A stretch of 64,000 nt of DNA, taken from assembly GCA_964035545.1 (NCBI GenBank), contig OZ037769.1:5747929-5811928 (forward strand). Direction: 5' to 3'. Under the pieces are notes generated by a model, which was not told where the DNA came from, did no database searches, and saw only the letters and a list, made by a program, of their open reading frames with translations. Positions 53,752-64,000 of this stretch are shown piece by piece (the stretch's first letter is position 1; every line of letters starts with the position of its first letter). Position numbers and translations under genes: made by a program. This DNA comes from Bugula neritina (taxonomy: Eukaryota > Animalia > Bryozoa).

Positions 53752-56700
53752 TGTGTGTGTGGTGTGTGGTGTGTGGTGTGGGGTGTGTTATATCAATAAA
53801 AATTTCATAATTTTACTAAAACTACAACTAACAATTTGAACTACATTTCACCTCCTTCCAGTTGCGCGACCACCTGTCTGACAACAGATTTATCTCCCTT
53901 GTAAGAACTCTCAACCGAGATGTCAATCAGCTAAGTGAAAAGGAAATGCAAGCATTTGTTGACCTTGACCAGCTGATTGAACAGCGTGCTGATGCAGAGA
54001 ACGATGGAAGTGAGTGCTTTACATTAATTGATCAGTTTGTATATTTTGTTTATTTTTCATCACCAAGGTCAATCAGATAGTAGATGATATAGGGTGTCAC
54101 CCAAAAAGAGGTAATGGTGAGACACATTAACATACTCCTAGTGAAAGTGCAGGCCAAGAATTATCAGCAACTACTCAGTTAATTCACACTTACCTTATAA
54201 GATAACCACACCGGCCTGAAGATAACCACACCCGCCCTGAATTCACTAAAGCCGATTCAAACACAGGATTTGACTTACAGATTAACATAACCTCTACAGA
54301 TTCACTCACTATCAGTAATAATAAGCATCAAGGTAATATCATATAATGCTAAGTTGCTCCGCCTGAGATGTTCTTTCTTTGTTTTAGTGGTGACTTCTTT
54401 GAAGATGCTGACTATCAAAGGAGTTGCAGAGCTTGCGGCTCAGGCTGCTCGAGATGGTATGACTTTATATAGACACACTAATGCCCACGCACATGCACAG
54501 ACATACACAGACATGCACAGACACGCATACACGCATACATGCATACATTATTTGAGTAGCTGCTGCACATGAAAAACTTTTTATGTCAATATTAGACTAT
54601 TTTAGTTTATTCATTACCCAATCGAGTTGTTATTAACAGCAAGAACCTCTCAGCTTGACTCAGAGGAAGTAACCTCATTTGCTTATGACAGACTCGCTAA
54701 GCGCCGTCTGATCGACACGCTCAAAGACAGTATTGCTAGAAAAGCTCAAACGCTGTCATCATCATCTGCTGCCAACACTCTATTGAAGCATTTGCTAGCT
54801 ATGAGTAAGTTGTGTTCTTTTCTCTGTCTCAGAAGTAATTTTATTCTTTTCTCTTTTAAAGGGTATCAAAAAGCTGTATTGTTTATTTGGTTGGTAATTT
54901 GAATAAGTAATGTCAGGAAGATATTTTGTATGGTTGATTTTGCATTTTGTGATAATAATTATAAAGACATTACGGGAGAGCATTCAAATCAAAATAATAG
55001 GCACTAAAAGTTGAAAATTCAAAATATAAATCCTAAAAATTACCAAAAATTTGTAAAGTTTGATGTAGGATAAAATGTAATACAAATATGTTTGAACAAC
55101 CTATTCAGGCTTTTTCCAAATTAATGGCCTGCAGGCAAACTTGACCATGGTAGTATATTGTGTTTGAAGGATATTATTCTGGCAAGTTTGTTTTGCTCTG
55201 GTAAGTTTAACATTTTTGGTTACAGGTAAATTTAAGTACATGATAAGTGTTATGGGAGTGAACCCCAAAAGGTTAAACGATGATGCTTACGTGCAGCAGA
55301 TGGTAAAGTTCTTCAACTTTCTGTATAGTTGGGACATTGACCCAACTACCCTTAAAGCGCATACATTATGGGAACTCAAGACTTTTAAATCACTAACATT
55401 GAAGTTAGTACATAAATTTTATAGTCTCAGTTATAGTGAAACACATTTTTTTTAATTTTTTTGATGAATCGTCCTAAATATTTCACAAAACCTACCAAAC
55501 TACTTTAAAACATTTTTAGGCAGTCTAAAAATAGATACAAGAGAAAATTGATAAAGTTAGAAAAGTTTTTTATTACTTAAAGTGCTAAGGTTTAACTTAA
55601 AACACTTAAAAGGCTAAGTTCTAAAAATGTTACAATGGAGACAAAATTGAATAAATGTAATAATATATATAAAGCATAAGAAAGTATTAAATTGAAATTG
55701 CATGATAACTAACCGACTGATCTATAAAATACTAAAAAGTTGATTAAAGTGAAGTAGTTATATTAGTTCTTAAAGACTTTGGTTTCAAGCATTGCAAGTT
55801 TCAGTTCATTTCATATTTGAGTTTAGTTTATCTTCAGGATGTTTGATGGAAGTAATCTAAGTAATGGGAATGAACCTGAGATGTTTGAGTTCTGGAGGTT
55901 GCTTCAAGCAATGGGCAAGCAAAGTGAGTTTGTATAATTCTACATATTATCTGCATATTTTCTATGATATAATGACAATATGCAGATAATAAAGACAATA
56001 TTATTGTCTTTACATTATCCTAATATTATCTCTGTATGATTTGCAAATTATTTGTGTATTATTTTGTATTACCTTCATATTACATATCTTTATACTATTT
56101 GTAAATGATTTGTATATTATTTTTATATTATTTGTATAGTACTGGAAAGACTTAAATTTATTTGCTATATTGTTTAACTTGATTTACATTCCAGTACCAT
56201 ATTATAAATAAAATCAGTATTATTATTATTATGCTATATACTTTAAGGCTGTCTGATAAATATCATTTCTAAACATATATCATGTATTATAATGCATTAT
56301 GCATATAATATATACTGCATAAGACGTTATACATGCTATGTATATATAATATATTATATATAGCATATTTATTATGTACATAATACATTATTAAAAACAA
56401 ATAAACAAAAACAGTTTTGTTTACTATTTTATTTATCTAAATGGATAAATTAAATTTATTTTTCGAATACCATTGTATGCATCTTCTGGGTTAATTAAAT
56501 GAAATTTAATATAGTTCAGACATTACTTCAAACTGTATGCATAATGTTTCTCGTTTAACTTTTTTTAATGAAGTTACTAGTCGTTAAGGAGATCCTTATG
56601 ATTATTAATTATATATTATAGATAATCTAATATGCAAAATATATTATGTATGTAATACACTATATATAGTATAATTCACATGATATATTATATGCAAGAT

Positions 56701-59700
56701 AGAATAAGTAGTCTGTTCTGCCAAGAAAATCACTTCAATGGCTACAAGAGTGTTTTAAATAAAAATTTCCTTTCTATATCTGTATTATGTTTTCTATTTC
56801 ATGCTTTATTCTATGCAGGTCCAATCAATGCCAGAAAACTTGGTAATAGCACTGTTCATTGTGTTTAATATTAAATTTGTAATATAGTATGCATACTTAC
56901 CTGTGTTTACTGAACTATAGAGCACGTGTTTTATATGCTCTACACACATGATACACTGAACTATTGTTGAAGTTTTTTCCGTTATATTCAATTGTTGTTT
57001 TGTTGAATTCTTAGCCCAATCTTTAGGCTCTGCACAATACTTGGTCAATTTGTAAAGCTTTTTGACATGCACAATTTTCATTTATGTGCAGATTGCATTT
57101 TTCCCTTTTTAGAATATCATTTATATTTTATAACAAACAGTTCTGTACAGTATTGAATAATTCTACTTAAAATCAACATCAAGTTTTAATTATACGCGTA
57201 AAATAACCTGAAATACTATTTATTTTTGTGTTTTAGTTGCTATGCTGCCAAAAAAAGTTCTGCAGCATTACTTTGAGTTCTACAAGAATCTTGAGAAGTT
57301 TGGCCTCTCTGTCAGCTACTGTGAAAACGCTGATCACAAAGAGCTGCATGACTGGTACAACTTCCACACACGTCTGCGTACTGAATATTCTAGAATACTG
57401 GACGTTGATAAGCTTAGTAGAGCTCAACTACAAGATCTTAAAGATACTTCTGATATACATACCAAGTTTAATGTAAGATTCTCAAGGTCTAGTGGGTTGT
57501 AAAAGCTTTAATCCTTTGTTAAATTAAGCTTTTATCTAGACAAAAACATTGAAATATGTTACACAGATTGACCTTCTACAAAACAACTTATTTGATTTGT
57601 CTCACCGTAGAATACAGTGGTTTGATTGGTCAAGTCAGAGAGTGTAATGATTTATTTCTTAGACCTAAAGAGTGATGCTGTATCCCAACTGCATATTCCA
57701 TGTAATTTTAAAATTGAGTATTTAATCATTTTCTTCATTATTGAGTTTTAATTTTTGAATACTCATCCCTTAACTTTTAATATTATGAGAGAGGACTCTT
57801 TCTAATGATTGTTTCTGGGAAGTGAACTTTCTTTCAGCATGTGTAGCAACTTTAAAAACAAAAAGTTTTGCGCCAGCATTAGAAAACTTTGGTTGAAACT
57901 AAATTTAAAAAACGCTTTAACAAACAGCAGTGAGTTTAATTTTTAAATTAATTTATGTTTGAAACTCTTTGGAAATGTCAGGTGTTCTCTGAAGAAGGTC
58001 TGTCAGAAAGTCAACTTCAAGAGTGGATGAAGTTTGCTGAGGCATACAAGGAGAATAATAAAGATGTGCTCAAAGAGCTGTCGCATGACACTAAAGAGGA
58101 AAAAATTAGGTACATCATAAGTTTGGTGGAAGGAGTTAATATTGCTTAGCTCAATATGGCTGCATTTTCATTTTGAATATGATTTGCAGTGCTATTTAGC
58201 TGCATGTTAAGCAGAAGCAACTTTTTGCTTAATAAAGAGATGCTCGTCTTTTTTTACTGTCTATATAATTTTAGTTTACCCTACATCTGATTTCTACTCT
58301 CTCTAAATAGTGATGTCTCACCCATAGTGATAGCTTCGAGTTCTAATATTGTGTTTGTTTTTCAATGTACACCCCACCCCTCCCTCCCATCGTCACAAAA
58401 CTAATTGCAGATTAATAAGGCCTGTTTCTCATAAAAATGCTTTGATCCTACAGGTTATAATGCTTAATGTATCTGATCTGTTTTTTTGCATAAAGTTGAT
58501 TGTTAAAAAAAATATCGATCTACACATTTGAAAGAGATTCTCATTATACAGTAGTTCAATCTAGACTCTGGCAAATAGCTGTTGGCCATCTTACAAGATT
58601 CAAATTTCACATAAAGCTGTATTTTTTCAATTGTGATTTGGTTTTTTTAAAAATAAATTTATCATTTGGGAGTTTGAAAGCAAAATTTTAACTTTTTGTA
58701 ATTTTTATTTTTTATAAACTTTTTTTCAACATTTATAGACAGGGTATGTAGCCATTTCGTATCCCGTAACCACTCTTGTACCTTGTAGGAATTTATCATC
58801 TGATCTGTCGGCAATTAAAGATTTATCAGAAGAATCACTTCTTGAAAGTTTGAAAAGTGAAGAGGAAGTAGACAGCAATCTGTCCAAGTAAGTAGTTTTG
58901 CTCTACAGTGTTTTATAATATTACACACTTGCATGCGCATTGAGCACTCGCATATGAGCATGCGCACATACACAAATACAGTACAATATTCATGAGCACT
59001 CGCACATGTAACACAAATTTAATATTCATACTTTACATATAATAATTATAAATTATGAAAATACGTACAACTGCAGTGCTAGTGCTTTGCTGCTGTGGGT
59101 AAACTGAAACTAATACAAATAACAATCTTTGCATAGCAATTGACTTGTACACTCTTTACTGATATTGTTTATATATTGTATATAAATTACTCGTATATTT
59201 CCAAGGGTGCTACAAGAAAAGAAACACTCGGATGCACCTACAGTTATATCTACAATAAACGAGCCAACAATCCATCTAGAACATTCTATAGTAGAATCTG
59301 ATAGTAGAGTGGGAGAGTATGTAACAACTTCAACTACTAGTATTACGAATGGATAAATAAATTGTCGAGGTTGTGTGAAAAGCTAAGACTATATATTAAT
59401 TTACTTATGTTATTAACAAGTAATGTGTGTAGTCATGTGAATATTTCATTTCTGTTATTGCTGAGTTATGGTACTAGAAATCTTATTTTAAACTCTTTTT
59501 ATGTGCAGTTTTAAATTGTAGCAATTTGCAATATTTTTTGCCAAAATATGAAACATACTCAACATTATTGCTGTCTTTATATGCTCGTAGTTTGCTAAGG
59601 CTGCAGAAAAAATTTTAAAAATGTATCAAGAGTGTTTTAAATTTTAAGTTTCTAGTTTCATAATAAAACCATTTAAGAAATTTTTATATCAATTTAAAAG

Positions 59701-62700
59701 CTGTTTATTATTTTGAATAAGGAGTTGGACTTGGTCAAAGTTTAAGTGTTATTAAACTTTTACAGGACATGTTTTTGTTTTCATGTGTTTATCTAGTAAC
59801 ACATCGATTGCGAACAGTGATGTAGCATTGGAAAAGATAGAAATTAAGTCAGAGCAGGAAATTTCAATCGATGAGTTAGAAGCATCTCCAATGGTTTCCT
59901 ATTTTCAAGAGGCACTGAATATCCCAGCTAAAGAGCTCACAGAGAAAATGGCAAACCCTAAAGCTATTAATAAGCTAAATAAAATGTTTAACATAATTTC
60001 ATTCATTAGAAAGAATCTAACTAAAACTGAAGCGGACCGTTTCAATCAAGGTTAGTAAAGCTAGATATGGAGAGAGAGAAAATTTTGCGCTGCTTATAAT
60101 TGGATAACTATGATCTTTTGTGTTTATGTGTTATTGGGTGGGTGATCTATAGTATTATAAACTTCAAGTTTGTGAATAATGAATTTTATAGATTTCCTAT
60201 TAAGATAATCAAATTTAAATTTTTCATGTGTATGAAATTAAAATAATATTATTGTTACACCAATTAGTGGCTCAGGTTTAGCAGGATTTCACTGATTTAG
60301 TTCTCCATGTTGTTTATATTAGGTTTTCATTTTAGGCTTGCAGCTAGTATTACAAGATTCTAACCTAGAAGATATTGTTTCTTTTACTGAAAATGATTTA
60401 CTAAAAATTGCAAAAGATGTTTTGCCTGAAGCAAAGTTGGAAGCTTTGGGGTGAGTGCACAACTCCTAAGAATAAGCTATTGACACTAATGTCAAAATAA
60501 TTATCTACGATGAAAAAATCTTTTATTTTAAAATTATTATTTTTTGTACTAAGGTTTAATGCTAATGGTAGAATTTTAAAGCAATGAAACTTTTGAACTA
60601 TTTATATAGTAGCTTCTATTTTTAGATCAAACCTAGAGAAAATAGCAGGTGGGTATGGTAATGATAAAACTTGGTCATTTTTGTGTGTTCAATACTAATT
60701 TAGAATCATTTTTTTGGATAAATCCTAAGCATCCTACATTAGGTGGCAAGTATAACCTATATAACAATAACAATGCTACATTTGCTTGTATTAATGTCAT
60801 GTAATGTAGAAGCGGATGGGACACCAGAACAATTTTTTCAGAGAAAGACCACACACCATGATCCAAATCTTCATGACTCACCACGCACATCGGATGCTAG
60901 CAGAGCTAAGGTAGAAGTTTGTGTTGGCTACATCATGAATATTGTTACGTATTTACTTTTATTGTTAGAATTTAGAAAAGAATTATTTTAAACTCTGTTA
61001 TTAAAAAAAATAAAACTGAGGTGTAATTATTTCAAGCAATTTGACTACAGTAAAAGTAGTATCTATAAATCTTACTCAGGGAATGCTTTCAACTTCTAAG
61101 AAGGATCGAGATTCGATAATAAGCATGGAGAGTGGAGGAAGAATGGGAACTCTCGGTAAAGATGAGCTAACAGACATTGTGTTGTCACTTGAAAATGATG
61201 AAATAACTCCAAAGCAGTCAGCGCATGAAGAAAAGTCAGATAGACAAAGTTGTAAGTATGGGGACATTAATGGTAATCTCTTCATGACACCTATGTTTTG
61301 TATATTTAATATTTACTTATACAGCTACACGTTAAACATTGTATGTTACAGTGAGCATGCTCTCCACCTCCGAGTTGAAAAAGAAGCTTACACCAGGAAA
61401 GGTGAGCTATTAAAGTTTGATTAGTTCTGTGTATAAGATGTAAAAATCTAATTAAGCGCTTTTATTACATATATATGCTTATCATTTTGCCATATACATT
61501 CTTTAAACTAGCTGAATGCCATGTGTATTCTTTAAACTAGCAGATTGCCATGTGTATTCTTTAAAATAGCAGAATGCCATGGAGTCATCCACTCTTCCTC
61601 ATATTGAACACCCAACCACATCCGACGACCTGTTGCCTCCTCTATTGACAGCTAGCATAGAGGCACTATCTGATGATGATGAGCTCTCTAGTGCTGGAGG
61701 TATGTGGCAGATGCTGAAAGCCGAGATGACAGAAGAGCATATTGAGGAAATGGGGTTGTCGGAATATGGACCTGTTATTACTGGAACACGGCGGGTAAAC
61801 GAACTTTAAGGCTCCTTAGTACAAAAAAATGTGTTACTGTGTTTTTAAATATTGAAATTAATGTTGCTTTTTCTTATATAAAAGCTTTCTGTGCTACAGC
61901 ATTAGCTGACTGTAATATTAATGTATGTTGTGTTAAAATAACTTCAAGATATTAATGTACTGGCTTCATTGTAATAAATGGAGAATATAAACAATTTTTG
62001 TTGCATCATTGACAGCTTTCAGATACAGAGAAGAAGAACATTCTTAAAGAGTTGATAAGCGTAGAGATCGATGCAGATGGATTATTGACAGATATTGCCA
62101 AAAAACGGTTAGATTTCACAAACAATATAGCCATCCATCATTAAAATTTATTGACTTTACAAAATACTAGTAAAATAAAAACAATAAAACATGTCTCTTA
62201 GGACTGCGATATTTACAAGCTATTACAAAGGTTGTATAAAGTTAAATACCTAAAGTTTATTTTGTAACTACACATTAGTATAATTACACTGTGTAGTAGC
62301 TATAGTTTATACTGTAGCTACACTATATATACTGTGTAATAACTAGTTTAGGTTGTGACTACATAATACATAGGCATATATTGTAACTATACTGTATATT
62401 GTAAATATCATCAGCTGGAAGCTGGTACGAGGCATTATAAAGATGATTGAAGAGCTAAAAACTTTACACGAAGAAGCTGTTCGAGAAGATCCCGGACGTT
62501 CAGAAGTCAATGTCTGGGCGTCTCTTATCATGGCTGAAAAAGTAAGTAGAACACTCAAATTAAGACTTTAACCATAGAAATGGGTTTTAGAATTAAAACC
62601 TTTTAAACTAATTCTGCATTACAACATAGTAAAAAAAGCATGATGGCAAAGTGTTTTAATGATTTTTATTTTTGAAAAATTACAATAACAATAAATTTAT

Positions 62701-63711
62701 TCAAAGAAGCAATTCTGTAAGACTTTTCTATCAACTTAGGAGTCTTGAAGCGTAGCCTGCGCTACACATGTCACTTCTACTCAGAAGATTTTAAAATTAT
62801 AAAAAGAGTTTTAATTTACGCAATCATTTCGTACGACTGCCTGCATACATACATTCCACACACAAATCATCCTCTTTAGAACAGTGTTGAAAACCATCTT
62901 ACAATAGTTATTGCTAAATTTTTGGCAGTAACTGCTTAAGGCGCTATACAAATGCTTTAAATTACCATAACTTTTAGAAATTATGAAATTAAGTGACTGC
63001 TGTCATTTTAGAATGGAATGTTATGGAAAAGACTGAAAACGGCTCTGCAAAAGGCGCAGTTCAAACCTGCCGAGCTTGCCAAGTTTGCATTGCTAGTTGG
63101 TATTCCGCCAGGAGCTCTAGAGGCTATTCTTGCTGAAGAAGATAAGGCTAAGAGACTATCTTTAGGTAGGGCCGGGCACTTCACCACCCTTCACTACAGT
63201 TAATTAGCTAACATCTCATTAATGCTATTGGAGTTTGTTCAAGATCAGTCCTTACTTAAATTGGTGGTGTAACATCATAAATACTACTGAAAACGAAGTT
63301 TGTTATTTGCAAATCCCACAATGCAATATCTCTGTGAGTTTGATGGTTTCAGTGTCTGCTGGAGTTGCCCCTCATACAGGCTCTAAACTGATGTTGAATC
63401 TGGCCAACTCATTAGACACTGAGCAAGGAGCACACAAGAAGAAACTCAGTAAGCAATTTTTTGTTAGTTGGAGAGTTTGTAAAGCATATCTAAGTGCTTG
63501 GAGACGAGCTTGGAAAGTCTATTGCATGATCTATATTTAGAAAATTTAATAATCCACATATTTATATAGTATGCTGTACCAAACCATGCAAATGAACAAT
63601 TTTTGAAGCATGCGTTTACAGAGTCTGATCTAAGAGCATGTTATTTACACGTGGTTATTAAGATACAAAGCCGTATGCTGATGAGTCATCTTTGGGATAA
63701 GATATTTTCTG
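36431..63711 (+). CDS. very large multi-exon gene, uncharacterised protein; probably continues beyond the window
   Basis: Many short open exons with AG/GT borders whose phases link where checked: 36431-36508 (MPESRQSTSTPLSRSSLSSITTADTS), 37062-37275, 37600-37775, 38223-38342, 38804-38980, 39596-39735, then ~40340, 41245, 42073, 42669, 46178, 46653, 49692, 50040, 51274, 52372, 53019-53085, 53499, 53862, 55226, 57237, 57982, 58789, 59797, 61081, 61574, 62415, 63013, 63353, ~63622. Not every junction was verified, so two adjacent genes cannot be excluded. Confidence 0.75.
36486..36985 (+). repeat. degenerate ~35-bp tandem repeat containing the first splice donor, interrupted by a SINE
   Basis: TAGTATTACTACTG..GACACAAGTGTAAG-like unit recurs ~7-8 times. 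Confidence 0.7.
36618..36838 (+). mobile_element. tRNA-derived SINE, full length
   Basis: GGGAGCAGCCGTGGTCTAGGGGTTAGAGTG...GGTGATGTTAGGAAGAGCATCCAGTCATAATTGCTC, the reverse complement of the 16457 element; possible TSD TGTCAACACAA/TGTCGACACAA. Confidence 0.85.
37363..37436 (-). mobile_element. tRNA-like SINE head or tRNA pseudogene (different family)
   Basis: Minus strand TGATGTAATGG (A box) ... AGCTTGCAAGCT ... GGTTCGAATCCC (B box); the acceptor stem does not pair well. Confidence 0.55.
38568..38759 (+). mobile_element. tRNA-derived SINE, diverged copy with deletions
   Basis: GGAACAGCCATGGTCT...GGGTTCAAACCC...CATCCAGTC...CTTTCCATCAGGGGTTT...CTATAAAC...GAGTTTTTTTTAT colinear with the family. 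Confidence 0.7.
39046..39262. repeat. 14-bp minisatellite (TAGCTATTCTAGYW)n
   Basis: Directly visible, ~14 copies, intronic. Confidence 0.9.
43065..43224 (-). mobile_element. tRNA-derived SINE, 5'-truncated diverged copy
   Basis: Minus strand GGTTCGAATCTC...CATAATTGCTCTTTTGCC...CCTTAGCC...TCACAGAGATAGTGAC matches the 36618 copy. Confidence 0.6.
43241..43347. repeat. (CATAG)n microsatellite
   Basis: Directly visible; explains the MLCYA-repeat ORFs. Confidence 0.95.
53696..53788. repeat. (TG)n microsatellite
   Basis: Directly visible, intronic. Confidence 0.95.
61498..61582 (+). repeat. 29-bp triplication containing a splice acceptor
   Basis: ATTCTTTAAACTAGC(T/A)GA(A/T)TGCCATGTGT at 61498, 61527 and 61556; the third copy supplies the in-frame acceptor and exon start. 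Confidence 0.85.
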
Positions 63712-64000
63712 GTGAATTATAGTTGTACTTTAGGTGACTGTTCAGTCAGCTATATACAGCTAATCACTCAATGCCCTGAATCTGCTAGTAATGTATATCT
63801 CATTTAACTTTACTCGAGAATTCTTAAGGCCTTTTGTGCTTTAAACAAGTAGAGCTGCCATTTTTAACGCCACTTTATTACCATATGCTGATCCTCTTAC
63901 TCTTTTGTAAGACGCTTGCATAATAAAAAATCTCAAGCTCTCAAGGAAATGGCATTTTAAAGCAAACTAAAAATTTTGTTATATGTAACTCAGAAGCAAT

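Noticed and set aside
58739-58743. 5-nt microexon (TAG|ACAGG|GTATGT)
   Set aside because: The flanking exons already join in frame (phase 2 to phase 2) without it, and including it would frameshift.

Overview
AT-rich, intron-rich animal (invertebrate-looking) genomic DNA; the species cannot be determined from the sequence. I assembled four spliced genes by hand from GT-AG sites and reading-frame phase. (1) A minus-strand gene for a SAM-domain adaptor with acidic tyrosine motifs and proline-rich segments, with SLP-76/BLNK-like architecture; its 3' end is unresolved. (2) A plus-strand 19-exon multi-zinc-finger gene (~1027 aa), head-to-head with gene 1. (3) A minus-strand 9-exon shavenoid-like type I membrane protein (~703 aa), tail-to-tail with gene 2. 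(4) A very large plus-strand multi-exon gene with no domain I recognise, probably running off the right edge. The standout feature is at 35173-36042: about 3.2 apparently identical tandem copies of a 271-bp, strongly self-complementary non-coding unit. Each copy carries a complete type I hammerhead ribozyme on the minus strand, and the array sits inside a (TA)n microsatellite between the divergent starts of genes 3 and 4. This is a retrozyme-like element predicted to release 271-nt circularisable RNAs. Introns also hold a tRNA-derived SINE family, Harbinger- and hAT-type MITEs and many mini/microsatellites. All family assignments are from recalled motif patterns, not database searches.
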